Under the pieces are notes generated by a model, which searched no databases, was not told the DNA's origin, and saw only the letters and a list, made by a program, of their open reading frames with translations. From assembly GCA_043228905.1 (NCBI GenBank), contig JBHGNT010000002.1:9052001-9116000 (forward strand): a stretch of DNA of 64,000 bases. The letters are read 5' to 3'. This document shows, one piece after another, positions 12,841 to 26,070 of the stretch. The translations under genes were made by a program, and so were the position numbers. Each line of letters opens with the position of its first letter. Position 1 is the first letter of the stretch. This DNA comes from Azolla caroliniana (taxonomy: Eukaryota > Plantae > Polypodiophyta).

Positions 12841-14278
12841 CGGATATAAAAAAGGTACTAGAAACAAGAATATTAAATAGTAAGGTAGAATTTACTTTAA
12901 GAGAAGTGTTGGTTATAGCAAAGAAAGAATTTCATGAAGTTATCATAGATATTATTAGAAGAAAGAGACAGGTGACTAAGGAAATTACGGGAGGGTGTGC
13001 AACAAAATTCCAAGATTTGTATGGCGGCACCATCAATGTGGCAAGTGTAAAAAACAGAAATGATGTTGGGGTTCATGAACAGGATAGGAGTCACTATACA
13101 AGGGACCATTGGGCTTGAGCAACAACAAAGGCATCTGCAAAAATTGGGGAGCAACAAATTCCATGTATTGCTTTGATCGATCATGAATCCGAGATTAACA
13201 TGATGTCATCGGAATTTTACGCTCAAGGACAATGACGATCGACAAGAATCTTGGGTAGAAGATAAGAGCTGCCATAGAGACTACGAAGGATCTATTCGGA
13301 GCATGCCCCAATGTGAAGGTAACAATTAGAGATGTGTCGGTGAATCAAAATTTCTTTGTGCAAGATCGATCAACCTACCCCGTCATCCTTGGTCAACCAT
13401 AAGTCACTGCAATATGGATGGAAACAAAGGTGATTGATGATGGTTCAACTTTTGCAAGGATTAAGAGTCAAGATGGAAGGAAGACGGTCCAATTCTTAAC
13501 CGTGAGGCCCAACCACGAAAGAAATAAAGAATGCTTGAGGGAACGTTGTCGTGAAGAAAACCGGCCCCGGGCGCAAACCGTGTATAGTGTGTGTGAACCG
13601 GCCCATACACGTGGGCACGTCCCTTGTCGTCTAGTAGATAGGTAGGCACAAAGGTTAAATCCTAGGTAGCAATATTCTGTAACGGAAATCGAGGAGTATC
13701 TCTGTCCGAAAGGACAGAGAATTAATGTGATGTAAACGGGTGAAACGGCCTCCCTCCTTGAGCTATAAAAGAGAGGGAGACGGGGGAGAGAAGGGCACGC
13801 GCGCTAGAAGGAACGAAGTGCTGTCGGACTGGGACCGAGCTCTTCTTCTCTGTCGTTCTCCATAGCTTTCTTTTGCGCAGGTTCTCAGGAGGCTGATTCT
13901 GCTCTGTGGAACGCCCGTGTGCTTTCGGCAGAATCTCCATCTTGCTCTCCTGTGTGCGTGGGTGATCAGGCATCGGCACCCACCTCGCCGACCTGGTTGG
14001 CTGTATCCATTCGAGTCGTCTGCCTACATACAAATACATGCCTATATTTACATACACACTCTAGTGTTCTCAACTCGCGTTTCCTGTGTTGTTGTGACGC
14101 GTCCCCGTGCGCTTCTTTGTCTATACGTGAGTGAGCGTCTCTCTCTCTCTCTCTCTCTCTTTTCCTCACCTATTCCTCGATCCAAGACCCAATGGTCCCG
14201 CCTTGTTCTCCACGCACGCGCGTAACAACGCGAAATATTTGGTGAACCCAACGTGAACAGGCGGCAGAGGAGTAGAAG

Positions 14279-16405
14279 ATGAGGGGGTCGGACCTTGTAG
14301 AAGCCATGGCTTCGGTTGTAGACCGTATAGTGAGTGCGCGCGAAGGCACCGGCGCCCTTGATAGGGCTATCGAGGCGGTTGTCGGTATGATCGGGCGGTT
14401 TACTGGGAAGGATGCCACTAGCTACTTGGCGTCCTACCAGGTTGAGATGGTAATGAGGGACATTCCGGAATAGAGGCGTCTAGTCGGATTCCCTCGAGTG
14501 GCGATGCCAGGTATCCATATGGAGGTGCTCGAGATACGGACCGAGAGCCGGACCTGGGAGGAGTTCGAAGGTCGGCTCCTCGAAAGATACGGGCTTGAAG
14601 ATGCGCTTCGACTTTCGAAGCGAGACTTCATGGAGTGGGTGGAGATCCCCGACAAAGGAAGGAACGCGTCAGTGCTCCTTCGGGAGTTTGAGGAACGCTT
14701 CGCGCGCCTCTCGGTGCTTGACCGGACCGTTCTGGACACAAGCCGTGTCCTATTGTTTGTTAAGTCGGTTGACGAGCGGGATCGGGAGCAGGTAGGCCTC
14801 CTATTGGAGACTAATGACGGGTTGACAACCGACTGGGCCGTGGTGAAAAGGGTCTGTGGCCGTTTCGACAAACGGCGGGAATGGGTTGACAAAGGATCGA
14901 CAGGGGCGGGCTCTGTCGCAGCAAAGAAGCTCGAGCCAACACCACCAACGCGAAGGGAAGAGACCCGAGATTGGCTCGAGACCGGGTCGGCTTCAACCGG
15001 CATGGTCAAGGGCTCGTCCGGGGGAGCAGCTCTGGAGGAGCTGACGCGGATGGTAAAGGATCTCCAGATCGCCCAGGCACGGAGGGATGGTGGCGAACAG
15101 GCCCGTGACTGACGACCTCTGGCTGAAAATAGGTGCATGTGGTGTGACGCGGTTGGGCACATCCGGAAGGACCGCAGGGACTTCGCCGAGGCGATGAGAA
15201 GCAACGTGGTGTACCTGTGGAACGGTCGGGTGCACGCTAACGAGACCCGAAGGGCCCTGAACCTGAACGTCGGGCGAGGGGGTATGAAAAGGCTGATGGA
15301 GGAGGCGGCGGCTCGTCACGTGGAGACCGTCCACTACTCGGCGTCAGCTGGTATTCGGGTCGGAGGTGGCAAGGCCCCGAAGACGAACAAAGCCGGGTTC
15401 TGGCCGACGATGCTAGAAGGCCTTGCCGGCGCACGGCTGAGGAAAGAAGAGGTGGACCGCGCGAAAAAACAGGTCCGGGAGGTAACCGGGTGGAGTGACC
15501 CGGTGGAAGAAAAGACGGGCTTCGTCGAAGCCGCTTGTCAAAACTACGAGGCTCTGGTGGAGGACAAGCGGGTAGGGAAAACCGGAGGGGCCGGGCCCTC
15601 GCAGCGATATGAAACTCGATTCGGGCAAAGACGGAATGAGGCCGTTGTAACCGGCGCCCAGGATAATCCCAAGAAGGGCGGGTACCGGCTGGGCACAGAA
15701 ATCGAAAGATCCACGGACCTGCGAAAGGTCCTGAAAGAACGAATCCTCGACAGCAAGGTGGAGCTATCGCTGAGGGAAGTGCTCGGGATCGCCGAGAAGG
15801 AGTTCCACGACTCCATCGTAGACTTGGTGAAGAGGAAGAGGCTGTCGACAGAGACAGAACCGGAGAAGCCGGTGGAGGTGCGAACGACGCACATAGAGGA
15901 CATGGCGCTGGAAGACAAGTTGGCGGAGAGCCACTATTCGAGGCCGCACTGGGCCAGAGCGACCACGGAGACCCCCGTGAAGATCGGAGATGTTCATGAA
16001 CCGGTGGTGGCGTTGATGGACCATGGTTCAGAAATCAATTTGATGTCCATGGACTTCTATAAGAAGGGAAAATGGCCGATCAACACCAAGCACGGGTGGA
16101 AAATACGGGCGGCGACGCGTGCCACCGAAGAACTACATGGAGCCTGCCCGAACGTACGAGTAAAGATCGGCAATGTCGAGATTGACCAGCACTTCTTCGT
16201 GCAGGAGACGTCCTCACATCCGGTTATATTAGGAGAACCGTACATCACGGCAACACGGATGGAGACCAAGGTGCTGGACAACGGCTCGGCCTATGCAAGG
16301 GTCAAGAGCCAGGATGGGCGTCACTCGGTCCAGTTCCTGACGGTGAGACCGAACCATGAGAGGAACCGCGAGACCCTCGGGGCCGAAAGCCGGGAGGATT
16401 TTTGA
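14279..16405 (+). pseudogene. gag: D gag-protease ORF1 with premature stops
   Basis: Same-frame ORFs 14279, 14498 and 15137; CMWCDAVGH knuckle; LMDHGSEINLMS protease; ILGEPY. Confidence 0.93.
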
Positions 16406-16460
16406 AGAGGGCTATCAAGGCGTGGGGCCGCGATAGTCCGGACACTCCGGGAAAACCCCA
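16396..16460 (+). promoter_or_regulatory. Predicted -1 ribosomal frameshift site G_GAT_TTT with H-type pseudoknot
   Basis: Heptamer 16396-16402 immediately before the ORF1 stop; stem GGGCTATC/GATAGTCC; loop TGGGG can pair with CCCCA 16456-16460; conserved at 20691-20753. Confidence 0.72.
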
Positions 16461-19400
16461 CAAGTGTATGATAGCGAAGAAGACCTGTGCTATAAGTAGG
16501 GAATTTTGGTTCTCCGACAACGGAGGGTGTACGATAGTCGACGTTGTTGGCCGGAAGAAGAGAAGGGCGGAGGAGCGACTTCGGGCATGTGGCGTCCTCG
16601 ACCTCGGAGTGGAAATCAATAGAGCCGTGGAGGCGGTCTCTTTCGACGATACCTTGGGAAGGAGCTGCGGGAGGTAGTCGGAGGAGTCCTTAAAGAGGAC
16701 CGGACGATTCCGGTATGTTCGGAAAAGATGTACGAAGTCATCACGGACTTCAGTAGAGGGCTCGAGTCGGATCGGACGGCCCGGGTGGACACGAGGTACA
16801 AGACTGTGGACTGGAAGGTGAGGCCAGTCGCGGCTCCCTTGCCGGAGGGTAGCGAGTTACGAATAAAGGGGGTTGCGTCGGACCCGAGTTTACGAAATCC
16901 GGCCCGCATAGGACACACGTTCACCGACATAACGCTGCGCGAGCTCAAAATCGGTGGTGGCGGCTTCCTACTGCTGGCGGAAGAGGACCGTTTTTGGGGA
17001 ATGCTCAGAAAGCACGGGAAGGCTTTCGCATTCTCACCGGAGGAGATCGGGTGCGTAGACCCGACAATCCTGGAACCGATGGTGATATTCACGGTACCGC
17101 ATGTGCCGTGGAGTCTCAAACCGATTCCAGTACCTAGAGCTCACATCCCGAAGCTGATGGAGCTGTTAAAGGAGAAGGTCGAGATGGGAATCCTCGAACC
17201 GTCGAGTGCCCCATACTCGAATCGGTGGTTTACCGTGCCGAAGAAGGACGGCACGCTGCGCTTTATTCAAGACCTGTAGTCGGTCAACAAGGTGACCATT
17301 TGAAATGCAAGAATCGGACCGACAATAGACGAGTTCACGGAGGCCTTCGCCGGAAGGTCGATTTACTCGGTTGGTGATCTCTACTCGGGGTACGATCAAT
17401 TCTAGCTTGCCGTAGAGAGCAGAGACATCACGACAATGCGAACTCCTCTCGGCCTAGTACGGATGTGTACCCTGCCGCAAGGAGGGATGAACTCGGTGGC
17501 TCACATGGTGAACGCAATGAACAAAGTGTTGAGGGATTGTATCCTGGACATCACCATGCCGTTTTTGGACAACGTCCCGATCAAGGGATGCCCGGTGGAG
17601 GAAAGGGACGAGACGATCGGACTGGACGGATGCCGGAAATTCGTGGCGACGCACATCGATGATTGCGAGAAGGTGCTGCAGAGGTTGGAGGGAACGAGGC
17701 TCACCTTCTCCGGGGGAAAATCGGCCTTCGGGCAATCAGAGATCATGGTCGTCGGACACCTATGCGGGTTGTACGGCTGGAAACCGTCTCCGGCTAAGGT
17801 AGAAGCCATCTCCGCGATGAAGAACGATTGTATCTCGGTCATGGAGGTTCGGAGGTTCTTGGGAGCGTGCGTGTTCTACCACATATGGATCCCGCATTAC
17901 GCTCATGTCGCGGAGCCATTATACGGGTTGCTCAAAAAGGGGCGAAAATTCGAGTGGAGAGACGAGCATATGGAGTCTGTCCGGAAGATGAAGGAAGCAC
18001 TTGCCGCGGCTCCGGCGCTCCGAAAGGCTGTCTATGGAAAGAGCACTCCAATTTACGTAATGGTAGACACGAGTCCGACCGGGATCGGATGGGTCGTCAA
18101 CCAAGAGGACGAGGACGGCATGCGCTCCCCGATCCGGTTCGACGCGAAGGTCCTTAGCGAACAACAGCGAGGATACGCCCAGGTTAAACGCGACCTCTAG
18201 GGTATCGTTTCGACATTAAAGGCCGATAAAGACTACCTGATCGGGACAGAGGTAATTATCGAGACGGACTGCCTGCCGATCATTGGCATGGTTTCCGGAT
18301 GCGTGACGCTAGACTTGGCAATACTCAGGTGGACAGCGTACATCAAGTCCCTGAATCCGGAAATACGACACATTTCCGGGAAAGACAACGCCATGGCCGA
18401 CAAGCTTTCAAGGGCGAGGTTCGAAAACGACGGCGGCATGGTTTCAGAGGATGAGGAAGTCGGCGTGGACTTCTTCGAGGCAGCTTACGTAACAACCGGT
18501 AGGGAATGCTCTCCAACGCTTAACGATTTCGACGAGAGCAAGTACAACGGGGAGTGGCTGCAGATCGACGGGTTCTTGAGAACAATGACACCGGACACGA
18601 CATGGACAATGGACAAGGCAAACCGGATTCGGAAGAAAGCCTAGCAATTCTTTCTCCGGGATGGATACATATGGAAGCACCCGAAGAAGAGGAACGGCAT
18701 CCCGCTCCGAGTGGTGGCGAAGAAGGAGGAACAGGAGGATTTGCTGGCGGCGTACCACGATAGCCCGTGGGCTGGACACCGTGGAATGTGGGCCACGTTC
18801 GAAAAGCTAAAGGGGAAGTACTGGTAGCCGGGACTATACCGGGACGTGCATCGGTTCGTGACGACTTGCGAAAGCTGTCAGGTGCACTCCATGATCCGAC
18901 ATCGAGACGAGCTTCACCCGACCTACCCTCCGACCGTCCACGTCAAGTGGATGGTGGATTTGGTGACAATGCCAATGGGGGTAGGACAAATGCGGTATCT
19001 GGTGCTGGCTCGGGAAGATCTAACGAACCAAGTTGAAGGCCGAGCCCTGCAGAACAAGACGACGGCAACCGTGTGCCGGTTTTTGATTGAGGACATAGTA
19101 TGCCGATACGGGTGCGTAGGGAAGATCGTGGCTGACCGTGGTGAGTTGGACGCAGAAGAGGCCGAAGAGCTGTTCGACCGGCTAGGAGTCAAACTTTCGC
19201 TAACCACAGCGAACAGGAAGGTGGAGCGCGGACACGGGCCAATTGTTAAAGCGCTAGTACGGGCATGCGGAGGCCGAGTCGAGGACTAGCCACGGCTGCT
19301 ACCTTATGCCTTGTGGGCGGACCGGACTACGCACAGTTTGGTAACCGGGTTCATGCCGACCGAGCTGATGTTCGGACAGAAGCCGATCATGCCAACAAAG

Positions 19401-19877
19401 CGAACGATCTCCTCGTGGGCCATTGTGGACTGGAGGGATGAGATGAGCCGGGAGGAACTGTTGGCGGCGCGGATTCGACAGCTCGAGCGGAGGCCGGAGG
19501 ACGTAGAGCGAGCCGCGGAGAAACTTCGAGTAGCGAGGATAAGGAACAAAGCCCGGTTCGACCGAACACACCGGTTCAGGCCAAGGAAGATCGAGGAAGG
19601 CGACTGGGTGCTAGTCTACGACAGCAGCCTCGACAATCAGCACAGGGCTACGCGGAAGTTTGCGAGAAGGTGGTTCGGGCCTTACGTAGTAACAGGCGCA
19701 AACGGCAATGGGACGTACCATCTCGCGGAGCTCAACGGTACGAGAATGTCGATACCGGTAGCGGGGAAGAGGATCAAAGCGTTCAAGAAATGGCACGACG
19801 GGGAGCCGGGGCTAGGGGGCATGGACAGCGACGATAAGCAGCCCGAGGCGGAGGATGAACTGGTAAACGAGGAATAA
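16402..19877 (+). pseudogene. pol: D pol ORF2 (RT, RNase H, integrase) with stops and a frameshift
   Basis: LRFIQDL, FLDNVPI, VDTSPTGIG, IETDCLP, CESCQ, ADRGELD, WFGPY. Confidence 0.95.
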
Positions 19878-20543
19878 AAGCAAGGATCGGTTTTCTCCCA
19901 TAGGAACCCAGTTTTGGCGCATACCGGTGGATGCGCGGTTAGGTGGGGGCGGATGTCGTGAAGAAAACCGTCCCCGGGCACAAACCGTGTATAGTGTGTG
20001 TGAACCGGCCCTTACACGTGGGCACATCCCTTGTCGTATAGTAGATAGGTAGGCACAAAGGTTAAATCCTAGGTAGCAATATTCTGTAAGGGAAATCGAG
20101 GAGTATCTCTGTCCGAAAGGACAGAGAATTAATGTGATGTAAACGGGTGAAACGGCCTCCCTCCTTGAGCTATAAAAGAGAGGGAGACGGGGGAGAGAAG
20201 GGTGCGCGCGCTAGAAGGAACGAAGTGCTGTTGGACTGGGACCAAGCTCTTCTTCTCTGTCGTTCTCCATAGCTTTCTTTTGCGCAGGTTCTCAGGAGGC
20301 TGATTCTACTCCGTGGAACGCCCGTGTGCTTCCGGCAGAATCTCCATCTTGCTCTCCTGTGTGCGTGGGTGATCAGGCGTCGACACCCACCTCGCCGACC
20401 TGGTCGGCTGTAACCATTCGAGTCGTCTGCATACATACAAATACATGCCTATATTTACATACACACTCTAGTGTTCTCAACTTGCGTCTCCTGTGTTGTT
20501 GTGATGCATCCCCGTGCGCTTCTTTGTCTATACGTGAGTGAGC

Positions 20544-20582
<39 letters not shown>

Positions 20583-21993
20583 CCTCACCTATTCCTCGGT
20601 CCAAGACCCAGTGGTCCCGCCTTGTTCTCCACGCACGCGCGTAACAACGCGACAACGTCTAGTTCAGGAGGTGGATGAAGCATTTTCCCAGGATTTTTAG
20701 ATAGAGCTTTTACAGGTAGGGGCTATGATAGCCTGGACATGAAAGAAAACCCCATGAATAATAATGTAAATAAGGATATTCCTTGTAGAATCTCATCTAA
20801 TGGTGCTGCTTTTATGCTAAAAGTAGATAATAATAAAATACAAAAGGCTTCTGAGTACTTTAAGTGTTCTAGATTAATAAATGATGATGAAGAAATTCAG
20901 GATTTGTTTGTAAAATTAAGTTTTGAAGATACAATAACTCATTTGGAAGCAATGGAGAACAACAACGAAACCCAAGTTCATGTCCATTCGATCAAGATGT
21001 ACGATGTCATTCAAGAAGTTGCTCTAAAGGATCATGAGGCACATGTCCTGACAAAGTACAAGACAGTGGAGAAGAAGGTTCTTCCTATTGTTGCTCCACT
21101 TCTAAGGGATAGTGAAAGGGCAATCAAAGAAGCAGCTACAGAGCCAATGATCAGAGACCCATGAAAGGTAGGAATTGTGTTTACTCCTAAAACAATACAA
21201 GGGATGAAAATAGGAGGGGGTGGCTTCCTATTACCTGCTTAAGAAAAGCAATTCAAGGAGATGTTAAAAAGGCATGGAAAGGCGTTTGCATTCCAACCTG
21301 AGGAAATAGGGTGTGTGGATCCAAAAATTGTGGAGCCCATGGTTATATTCAATATCCCACATATTCCATGGAGTCCCTCAACTATTAGAACTTCTGAAAG
21401 AAAAGATAAGGATGGGTATCTTGGAACCATCGAACACTCCTTACGTGATGGTTCACTATGCTAAAGAAAGATGGACGACTCTGATTTATCCAAGATATGC
21501 AGCCCGTGAATAAGGTAACAATCTGAAACTCGGGAGTAGGGCCAATTGTGGATGAGTTTGCTGAGATGTTTGCAGGAAGAGCTATATATTCAATGGGAGA
21601 CCTTTATTCCGGGTATGAACAATTTCAACTTGCTATCAAAAGTCGAGATATTACTTTGATCAAGACACCTATAGGGTTAGTACAGATGTGTACCTTGCTG
21701 CAAGGAGCGACCAACTCAGTGGTGTATATGATGAATGGAATGAACAAGGTACTCCGTTATTTTATTCCTCATATTACAATGCCTGTTTTAGATGATGTTC
21801 CAATTGAGGGATGCAAGAAGGAAGAGAAGAATGAGGAATTGGATGAAAGTGGTTTCCGACAATTCGTTGGCGACCATATCAGGGATTGTGAGAAGATTCT
21901 ATCAAGGATGGAAGAAGTGCATTTGACCTTATCAGGGGCGAAGTCAATATTTGGGGCAAAAGAGATATTAATAGTTGGTCATATGTGTGGCCC

Positions 21994-22130
21994 GTATGGA
22001 TTTGTGTCATTCTCTATTTTTCTCTCCCTCTCCCTCTCTCTCCCTTTCTCACATGTAACCCCCTTGGGAGGGGTGTGGAGCTATTCTTGGCTCCACCCCT
22101 CACCCATTAACACTAACACGCCTGGTGGGA
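21994..22130 (+). repeat. 3' end of a Tat-like LTR (to ~22112) with degenerate tRNA-Arg PBS (22114-22130)
   Basis: Hairpin GGGGTGTGGAGCTATTCTTGGCTCCACCCC, then TTAACA, then TAACACGCCTGGTGGGA (~TGGCACGCCCGGTGGGA). Confidence 0.65.
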
Positions 22131-22296
22131 CGAAGTGTTTGATAAGTCTCTGAATCTTGAGTGGAACCAAGTGTTTGCCTTTGGTAAAGAGAAATTCCAA
22201 GCTCCTTTGCTTGAGCTGACATTGAAAGATGAGGATTCAATCAAGTACGACTTTCTAGGGTATGTTTCATTTGAAATATCTAAAGTGCTTGCACAC
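22129..22296 (+). pseudogene. Host gene fragment: C2 domain of MCTP/FTIP1/QUIRKY-family protein
   Basis: FDKSLNLEWNQVFAFGKEKFQAPLLELTLKDEDSIKYDFLGYVSFEISKV resembles the MCTP C2B motif NPEWNQVFAFSK...LEVTVKDKD..KDDF.G.V.FDL.EVP (recalled, not searched). Confidence 0.85.
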
Positions 22297-23739
22297 TGTT
22301 GTGAAGATTTTTGGCAATGGTGTGAAAATCGTGAGGAACAGACAAAATCAAGAAGGTGCAATGTGCACGTGTGAAAGGGGTGATGGTCACACATGTACAT
22401 TAGCATGTTGTAAATATGAGCCAAATGAGAACTGGAAAAGGAAGGCTAGATGTAAGGTTAAACATGTGCACGTATGATGTGCGCTCAAACATTAGTAAAT
22501 ATAAAAAATAAGACTAAAGCCTAGTAACATTTGTATGCAGTGTGATGTGCATTGAAATATTAGTAAATATAAAAAATAAGACTAAAGCCTAGTAACAGTT
22601 GAATGCATATAGAGGGGTGCAAGGTTTGAACCTTGCACCTCCAAAATAAAAGACAAATTGACTTACCACTAAAGACTAGTGAGTGCTTTAGATTTTGTAC
22701 ATTTTCTTTTCATATTTAGTATTCCATAGGAAACAAACATATAAAAACCATGTGCACAAAACCATGGTTTAGCCCATGGTTTAGCGCATGGTTCTATCCT
22801 GTGGTTTTGGCATGGAGAGACCTATAAAAGCCTCTAGTTGGGCTTGTATAAGGGAGATAAACTATGTATTTAATGAAGAAACTTCTAATCAAAAATCTAG
22901 TTATTTTATTGGTGATGTATCTTGTCTCTCAAAATTGAAGTCAAGGGTTCAATCTCTCTCTCTCTCTCTATCTTAAATATTGTTGAGCGGACAAGCTCAA
23001 CCGGATCCGGATTGGCTGAACAAGCTAGAGTCGGACTAGGAGCCGGATCGGATTGTAATCGGTAGGCCGTTAGAGGCCTACGAATCTAGCCTAGTACGTA
23101 GGCATATTTTTAGGAGTCAGTGTCAGTCGCTTGTATGAGCATTGAAGTACTTGTCAGTACTTCTTTCAGTCCTTTTAAGGACTTGTATAAAAGTGGTCAC
23201 AAAGCACATTGTATGTACAGAGTGTTATTATTTTGAATTGAGTTTCTATTGTTCTGGTCAGCTCGCGGACAAGAGGAAGGGATAAGGATATTTAGAAGAA
23301 GCGGATTGGAGATATTATTATTATTATAAAGAGAGAATATTACAACTACAGAATTAAGAGAATGATTGATAATGTAGTCTAGAAGGCTAGAGACTGGTGT
23401 TGAACCGGAATAACGTGAAAATAGGGAGGGGCTTCAATTTATAAGAGTAGGTAATGACACATGCAAGAGCAAGCAATGTCACATGTCATCTCTTCATGAG
23501 TTTCCTTTAATGTTCTAGAAAGTTCCACAATGATCCAAAATGTTTTATAATGTTGTATCCATGCATCTCTTAATAATGACATGAGTTTTTATCACAGAAT
23601 CTAAATGACCTAGTGGGTAAGGTGATATAAGATGAGTGCCAGGGTCGAGGGTTCAAGCTTTGGCATGACTAATAATCATGAGGGTTCAAGCTTTGGCATG
23701 ACCAGTAATCATGACTATATCCCCCTCTTAAAATGACAA

Positions 23740-23945
23740 GTGCCAGGAGTTGCGAGCGACGAAAGGCTAGGTTTTCCGGATACTTGCGATGGAAGGTATC
23801 CACAAGTGCTTGAGCATTAGTAATGTTGTCGACAGGCTCGCAAGTACGATCATTGGGATTGTATCCAAGGCAATCCACCAAGTAATATAGCTTATTGCAG
23901 ATGATCTTGGAATCAAGGATAGCTGCAACCTCATATTCCGGTCTA
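23740..23945 (-). pseudogene. Integrase C-terminal chromodomain of A2
   Basis: EYEVAAILDSK...YYLVDCLGY...TCEPVDNI. Confidence 0.9.
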
Positions 23946-26070
23946 TTAGCAAGTTGATAGGTGGAGGTGGCACAATACGATGTTGAATAGTGGTAGTAGC
24001 ACAAGGCTCAAGAAGTGAACAAGGAAATACTGGGTGAAGACGCACATGGGAAGGTAGGTCCAAGCGAAAAGCTACATGATTGATTTGTGCAGCAATCGTG
24101 AATGGGCCTAAGCGATGATGATCCAATTTATCACAAGGGAGTGTTGTTCGCACATATCATCGCAGAAGCAATACACGATCTCTCTTTTGGAAGTTATGTG
24201 GAAGTCGATGTCGATCAACGACTGTCTTATGGGATGCTTGAGCATGTTCTAGGTGGGTCAACACCTCTTCTTGAATATGTCGAATGTGGGACACTCGATT
24301 TTCAGCTGCTGGATTAGTTGGAACTTAGGAAAGCTCTAAGAAATTCCATCGAGGGTGATGACCTGTATATGCAAAAAATGGAGTGACCTTAGTGGAAGAC
24401 TGGACGGAATTGTTGTATGCAAACTCCGCGAAATGAAGAATATCGGCCCAATCATCTTGTTGATAGTTGATAAAACAACGAAGATATTGTTCTAATGTTT
24501 GATTGGTTCTCTTGGCCTAACCATCAGTTTGTGGATGATAACTTGAAGAGAGGTTGCAAGAGATCTTGAGTAGTGATAATAAATGCCACCTAAATTTTGA
24601 GATGAATTGTGGCCCACGATCACTAACGATGTTATCCAGAAAGCCATGATGTCGAAATACCTCTCACATAACAAGATCACTTGTATCCTTGTTGTTGATG
24701 GTCTTCGTACATGGTAGGAAATGTGCCATCTTTGTAAAGCGGTCCAGCACTGTCAACATAGTATCAAGTGAAATAGACTGCCAAGGTTTTGTTGTGATTG
24801 GCAATGGTTGTAACAATCCATAAGGATGGTGAGGCATTTCTGTACGACAACATGTGTCACAAGTATGAACATACTCCTCAACAAAATTATGGAGCTTAGG
24901 CCACCAAAATGCTCGATTGACTAGCTCTAAGGTCTTTTGAATCCCAAAATGCCCAGCCATATAAGTGTCATGTCAATGTTGTAACACCTTAAGACAAGAA
25001 GATCGATCAGGGACATAGAGAAGACCCTTATTAAATAGTAGATCATTATGCCATGTTAATTTATTGTAATTTACATGAGGATGTTGTCCCTTAGAACAAG
25101 ACACATGATTCGGATCAATGTGATCGAGAACTTCTTGAGCAAAGACATCTATTTGAAGATCCTAGTGAATAGAATTAAGGATGCTGGAATCAATTGGCAT
25201 GTGTGAAACTTCTACTACTTGTAACCGTGCAAGTCCTAAAAGAATTTGTTTTTGATCATCAAATGTTGCCTCACCAAGACGAGGTGCAAGATATGTCCTT
25301 CGAGATAAAGCATTTTCCTTGCCCTGTTGTGATCCAGGCCGATATAGAATTTTAAACTCAAAACGAGTGAGGAATTGTGCTCATCGAGCCTGCCGCGTTG
25401 TCAACACCCGAGCATTATGAAAGTATGTTAGGTTTTTGTGGTCACTATAAACTAGTATTTCATGAAGAGAACCCTCCAAGAGATTTAGCCATTGCTTAAA
25501 GGAGTCAACAATAGCTAGCAATTCTTTATCATGCAATTCATAGTTGATCTCTACAGCATTGAATTTATGTGAATGGAAAGCCACTAGATAAAGTTGCCCA
25601 TCATCTCCCTATTGTGACAAGATGCTTCCGAGAGCAAAATCTGATGCATCAACTTTCGAAATAAATGGTTTGTGGGGATCAATATGAGTTAATATAGGGG
25701 CAGATGTAAATGGCTTTAAAAGGCCTCACTGATATTGCAAATAGAAACGTCTTTTCCTTTCTTCCTTCTTTGCGTAATTGTTGTAGCGAAATAGTATAAA
25801 TTTTACGGTATTTAGCCTTTACACTACCATCTTCTAACATTTGGATTTCCTTTTTACCTTGACTTTGACATCTCATTGTTCATTTCTGCCAATCAATGTT
25901 TGGGTTGTCAAGCTCGAACCAAGGTAGTCCTAGGACGATCGGATGCTCTGAACTACTAATAATATTGAAGGATATAACACATGCCAAATCATCTAAGACT
26001 ACTCGTACCGGTTCAGACTCTTCAGTTATGTTTTCGGAAGCAATAGGGCGTCCATCAATGACTACTATGG

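Larger units (their letters stand above)
13547..20654 (+). mobile_element. Full-length tRNA-Trp-primed Ty3/gypsy retrotransposon D (gag-pro / RT-RH-IN, no chromodomain)
   Basis: LTRs 13547-14235 and 19954-20654; PBS TGGTGAACCCAACGTGA 14240-14256; PPT ~19941-19953; perfect TSD ACGT at 13543-13546 and 20655-20658. Confidence 0.97.
11573..21993 (+). mobile_element. Degenerate autonomous-type tRNA-Trp lineage Ty3/gypsy D0 (LTR start 11573-11836; gag-pro 12211-13546 and 20659-20700; pol 20697-21993), hosting D
   Basis: LTR start resembles the F LTR; gag is close to F gag; protease LIDHES; RT motifs GDLYSGY, QGATNS, LDDVPI. Confidence 0.82.
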
